From the NCBI GenBank assembly GCA_010356995.1, contig ML996690.1:265101-329100 (forward strand): 64,000 nucleotides of DNA, given 5' to 3'. Origin of the DNA: Trichodelitschia bisporula. Taxonomy: Eukaryota. A program made the position numbers and the translations under genes. Positions within the stretch are counted from its first letter, which is position 1; every line of letters begins with the position of its first letter. Shown one piece after another: positions 59,164-64,000 of the stretch. The notes below the pieces were generated by a model. The model ran no database searches, had not been told where the DNA came from, and saw nothing but the letters and a program-made list of their open reading frames with translations.

Positions 59164-62100
59164 GGGCTTTTCCTCCACGGTACGTTCTCCGGTTCGGTTT
59201 GGCGACCATCTGGAGGGCTTCTGACTGGATTCCGAAGACGCTGCGGAGTCCAGAGGTCGAATGTCGCGGGTTTGCTTGAAGGAGTGTTGCTGTGGGTGGG
59301 GAGACTCGTTCGGCTGCGCATAGGCAGGCTGTGGATGCTTGGGGGAGACCTTCGCTTCCGGAGACGCGGCTGGACTTGCTCCGTTACTGCCAGCCGTAAC
59401 GACAGCGACAGAAGCGAAGTGCTGGTGACTGCCAGATAAATGGGATGCCAGGTTAGGCTTCGGAGTGTCGTATGGATTATGGCAGAACGATGGAACCCGA
59501 ATGGCAGCCACGGTGAACTGCGAGGAAGTGAGGGACGCTTTAGTGACGTCCCCGACTTGCAGGATGGGGGGTTAGAACAATGGAGAAATTGAGAAAGGCA
59601 AAATGTCCGTGGGGTGGGTGACGTTTGTAAAGCACGGAGGGTAACTCCGTTGAAGGGGGGGGGGATGTGGTAAAAGTAGGTTTGAAGCTGAGTGGGGGAG
59701 ATGTGGGCTTCAATGGGGGAGACCTTGGAAGAACCCAAACTGGCAAAGTTGGACTGATATGAGATTGCCGATGGAGGGGAGTCCTTAAACCCGGTTGGCG
59801 TGTACAGCTAATCACAATACGGAGTACTGCGTACAGGCTCCGTAAGGCGAAGAGGAAATGAGTTTACTTGTTCTGTTGGGGGGGGGAAGTCAAGGAGGAT
59901 GGGCGGCGGGATGTATTGTATATGCAGGGACGCTCAGATCAGAACTGAAGCAAAAGCAAAAGCAAAAAGCTGCGATGGTATCCGTGGGAAGAGCGGAGGT
60001 AAAATGGGGGATGACGGATTTGTTTGAGGAGGCCGACCAGCAGCAGCGAATTGCAGCTAGAGCATGCCCGACCGATTTCGACAAGTATGATGGGACCTAT
60101 CGCAAGAGGATGACTGGCAGCATAGCAGCAGTAGATGCAGCAGTAACGCAGCAGAGGAAGTGTGTGTGTGGCGTGTGTGGGTAATGCAAAGCAAGAAACG
60201 TGCGGTGCAGAGTACTAGAGTACTGTAGCAGAAGACACTAGAGTAGAGAGAGGCAGAGAGAGCCTATGGCGGCGACGGAAATGTGGGATGGCAAGGCGTG
60301 ACAACAAGCGGTCACCGCCACTGATATACAGAGACATGCCTTAACTAACGAGTATGGAGCAGCAGCTAGGACTTGCCAACGAAGTTAACCTGGGGATACC
60401 AAGCGAGCAGATAGCTGCGAGAAATGCCACAGGGTTGGGTACGTACCGCTAGTTCATTTGTCGTAGCTACCCAAGTCACCAGAACTTCCGACGCTACCTG
60501 CGGCTGCCGGCTTGCCTCTGCCTTGCGCCTCGCGCTTGGTCCCATGCAAAGCATGACTCTGTTCTGTCGGTGCGTTGTACTGCAGCGGTTGCGGGCACCT
60601 ACCACACGTTAAACTGTACATCCTAGCTCGGGAAGCAACAGCAAAAAGGACTGGGATCCTGCCACCCCATACAGTAGGTTTCCCCAATGTTCAAATCCAC
60701 CGGCCACCTCATCTTCAGCGGGAAAGCCACCTGAGCCCAACCGTTCTGGGTCCGTACCAAACGTAGTTCGTCTCCTCACCCGCTCCTATGCAGCCTCACC
60801 CAGTCGCTGCCTCTCTTTCGTGCTCCTCCTCTCCCCTCCCCCATCATCGGCCTTTGTCAGATCTTCTCCTCTCCGCCCTTCTTCTCATCGTTTCTCTCAT
60901 TCAATCCCTTGCGGGGGCGGCAGCTTGCCTTCCCTGCTTGTTCCATTAGCCCTGCCATAAGCTCGGGCAGAAGCGCCCGCTGACGAGGGGTCCGGCGCCC
61001 TGCTTGGTTCAAAAATACGCACTCCACCATCCAGCGTTCTCCCATGCTGCGATGCCGCCGCCTTTAAAAGGGCCTGTGCACGCGCCGCTTGGAGCCGGTG
61101 AATCCTGGGAATCAGCCGAAGTGCTGCCCGGTCTTTTGTTTATGGAGCATGGCGTAGCCGGTACATACCCATGACGACGGCATGGGGAAGACTTGACAAC
61201 GTCCGTCTGTGCAGCGGTATGAGGTATGATCCACGCCTAGCAACGCCCACTACAGTGTCCACGGGAGCACCCTGATATCGGGCCCCACGGACCCCGTTGA
61301 GCCTATGGGATGGTGCGACAGAAGGAGCGACAAAACATTCCCCCAGCCTCGCGGATGTGTGTAGCAAGTTGAGGGGACCAGCCTTGTCTCTGCTTGTCAT
61401 CGCGGACAGGCAGAGCTTTTCCAGGCATTATGTTCCAGGGAGCGGGACTATATGTCACGTATAAATCTGGCGTCAATGCCCCTGCTACCTTTGACCATGG
61501 AGTTTTTCGATAGTTTTGGCCCATGTTTGCCTTCTGAATTTTGAATCCGGGTGAAATGGCCGGTGACAATCGCCAGTCGGCAGTGCGCAGATCACCTGCT
61601 GCATAAAGGAGGAGGCGGCTTTTGCACATTCGGTTTCCTCTCTTGCACCAGAATAACGGTGGAGGCCTAATCCGTGGGGTACATACAGTACTGAGCACGG
61701 GGAAGAAGAACCTGAGGTCCGTTCACTCATGGCTTGACCCGACAGAGTGGAGCGCGCGTGCACCGCGTGCTTGTTGCACTCGCTTGACCCCCTCGATTTG
61801 CACCCACGAGCCTTTCTCCGCAAGCACCGTAAGCTGGTCACTGCACACCACCACACGGATGCCGAAGCGGCTGGGGCCAATTGTAAACATGGAGGCTTTC
61901 CGCACGTTCGAGTCGGACCAGCTTCCCGAGGATAGGCTGGCGTTGCTCCTCTTCCACTTGCAATTCGGCTATGCACAAGGGACACCTTACCCGATGTTCT
62001 CTTCGTCTGGGTCGCGCAGAGTTGCAGATGGCAGCATACTACGCAGCGCATGGTGTGGAGACTGCGGAATCTGCACTTTCTCCCGATGTTGCGAGAAAAG

Positions 62101-64000
62101 TGGGCCGATTACATCCACGCAGCACGTGGGGCGACGGGACATGATGAGGTTTGCGTATGGCTCTCCCTTGTTGGCGCCCCATGCGCAACCAGGACAGGCA
62201 GATAGTTGCAGTCGGCGACTGGTAGTAGGTAAATGGAGTCAGCCAGCAATGAGTGTGTGCAAAAGGGTTGATTGGACCAGGGGTTTCTTCTGGCGCCGCG
62301 ACCCAAGCGGCGCAGAATATGCGCGAAAGAAATTGCTCGCATCAAGCGGGCGGCCAGGCCGGCCAACGCGGGCGAGCGCCTTGGTGCCGGGATTCCCCCC
62401 ATGCCGTCAGCGGTCCCAGCTGATGCATCTTGTCTTCGATGCTTGATATTCGTCGCTGGTTGACTATGCCACTACAAGTATTCACAGCACCCTCCTACGA
62501 CGCATACTGGTGACGGGGACACTTCGACGCCTGGTTTTGTCGAAAGCAGCGATATCGCCATTCCGCGGAAACCAGTCCTGTAAGATCCGGCAAGCCATAG
62601 GCAAACAACGAGAGAGGAGATTGGGCATGAACAAATGGCACAGGGTCAAGCCATCCCAGTGCTCATCCGGAACGTCTCGCCGGGTGCTCCCTTTTACCAG
62701 CCACCAACAAAACCCTAGGGACAAGTTGTTTGACTCTCCTGGCGTTGTTGCATCTCCGTGACTTGGAGACCGGCAGTTTCGGGTTTCCCATTACTCGTGC
62801 TGGTACACTAACCGAGGGGAGATCACGGGTGAGGAATGACGACGGCTGAGAAGAGCTAAGCGCCAAAGGCGCCGCTGGTAAAGGAACAACCATAGATAGG
62901 CTGATCAGTTGGAGGGAGAAGCGAAGGACGATAATTGAGAGGAAAAAATAATAACGGGTAAATGATGGCGTATGAACGATGGCGTATAGGGAGTGGCTCC
63001 GACTTGCTGCTCCCAACTGAGATCTGCTGGCGTCAAGCTTGGAGTGGGGCGAGCCTGAAGATCAGCCTCATCAAAATTGCGCCATGGTGGACAATGGGCA
63101 AAAAGGCAAAAAGAGCGGAGGATGACGGGGTGTTTTGGCGCGGGCCTTGTAAGGCGGGGCGTAGCTGAAGCTTTTGATGAGATGGTGTGGTGAGATGGTG
63201 ATGAGATGAAGATGAGATAGAGATGAGATGAAGATGAAACTGATACGGTATGTGTGTGCGTGTGATGTTTCACTGGTGCGTACGAAGTACCTTCCCTCGT
63301 CATTTGAATGGTCAGGTACCTCCTTCCATCCTGAGCCCTTACCACGCCTGGCGTCACCTCAACTTATCCTTCATCCTTCACCTCCACCAACTACGTGCCA
63401 CTTAAATCCTCCCCGCCTCATCTACCTCATCTACGGAGGTGCGTTTCAAAAGTAACGAGTCAAGCCACATTCCTTGGCGTGTCTTTACATCGGACCTTAC
63501 CAGCCTGGCCTAAAACTTCAAGTCGCGATGCACTCACGCTTTGAAATAATAGTGAGTTGCAACTGGACTGATTTTGATCGCCTTAACACAACGAGTATTT
63601 TAGCACCACTTTCGTCGCGATAACGTTGCTGCAAAAGTGTTTTTGTGGTGTAATGTTCTGATCCGGGTAGCGCTAGCGCCTTGGTAAGGCCTTGGCAAGT
63701 AGAGTCTTGGTGACCCGTTACTTTTGAAAAGCATATCCGTACAGCGTCAGCTTCGTTCTCGTATACTGGTACAGATACGGTAGTACCACGCCGATCGGTA
63801 ACAGAGATCCCCCAAAATCCCACATCCTGTACTTGGATAGCTACCGTACCGGCAATCTCTTCTTCTCTTCTTGAGTTTGACGTCAGCTTCCTGCTATGGG
63901 CATTGTCTCGTCAAGTGCTCTTTGGAGAGATAGAGATCGCCAACACGGAACTAGGTAAGTCTCGTTTCCCTTTCCTCTCATAGTCTCACTCTAACCTTCT

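Noticed and set aside
59600..64000. ORFs up to 274 aa upstream of the bZIP
   Set aside because: Non-ATG starts, no domains or clear splice structure; most consistent with a long regulatory region.
1..64000. tRNA, rRNA, telomeric repeats, intact transposons
   Set aside because: GTTCGA hits (e.g. 13492, 42312, 46912, 47055) lack cloverleaf context; no RT, integrase or intact transposase ORF and no TTAGGG arrays were seen. tRNAscan-SE and Rfam were not run.

Overview
Eukaryotic, intron-containing, GC-rich DNA from a filamentous ascomycete fungus (GT-AG introns with CTAAC/CTGAC branch points, Zn2Cys6 and bZIP factors). About 21 protein-coding genes can be supported. Conserved housekeeping genes are an AME1/CENP-U-like kinetochore protein, a twin-CX9C protein, phosphopantetheine adenylyltransferase, RPS2, MED8, MPDU1 and a DUF1746/Dsc4-like protein. 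Others are three F-box-like proteins, a 7-exon secreted triple-hevein (CBM18) lectin that the ORF track misses, a CFEM-like membrane protein, an MFS pump + Zn2Cys6 TF + multicopper oxidase group, a GNAT, a small secreted protein and a bZIP TF. The most unusual signal is non-coding: several intergenic regions (7.1-7.5, 11.15-11.5, 14.07-16.3 and 31.5-32.0 kb) consist of degenerate tandem duplications (about 145-460 bp units) that are internally self-complementary and show apparent compensatory changes. One of these arrays carries three degenerate hammerhead-ribozyme-like cores. No tRNA, rRNA, CRISPR array or intact transposon was recognised. All calls are from manual reading; no database search or folding program was run.
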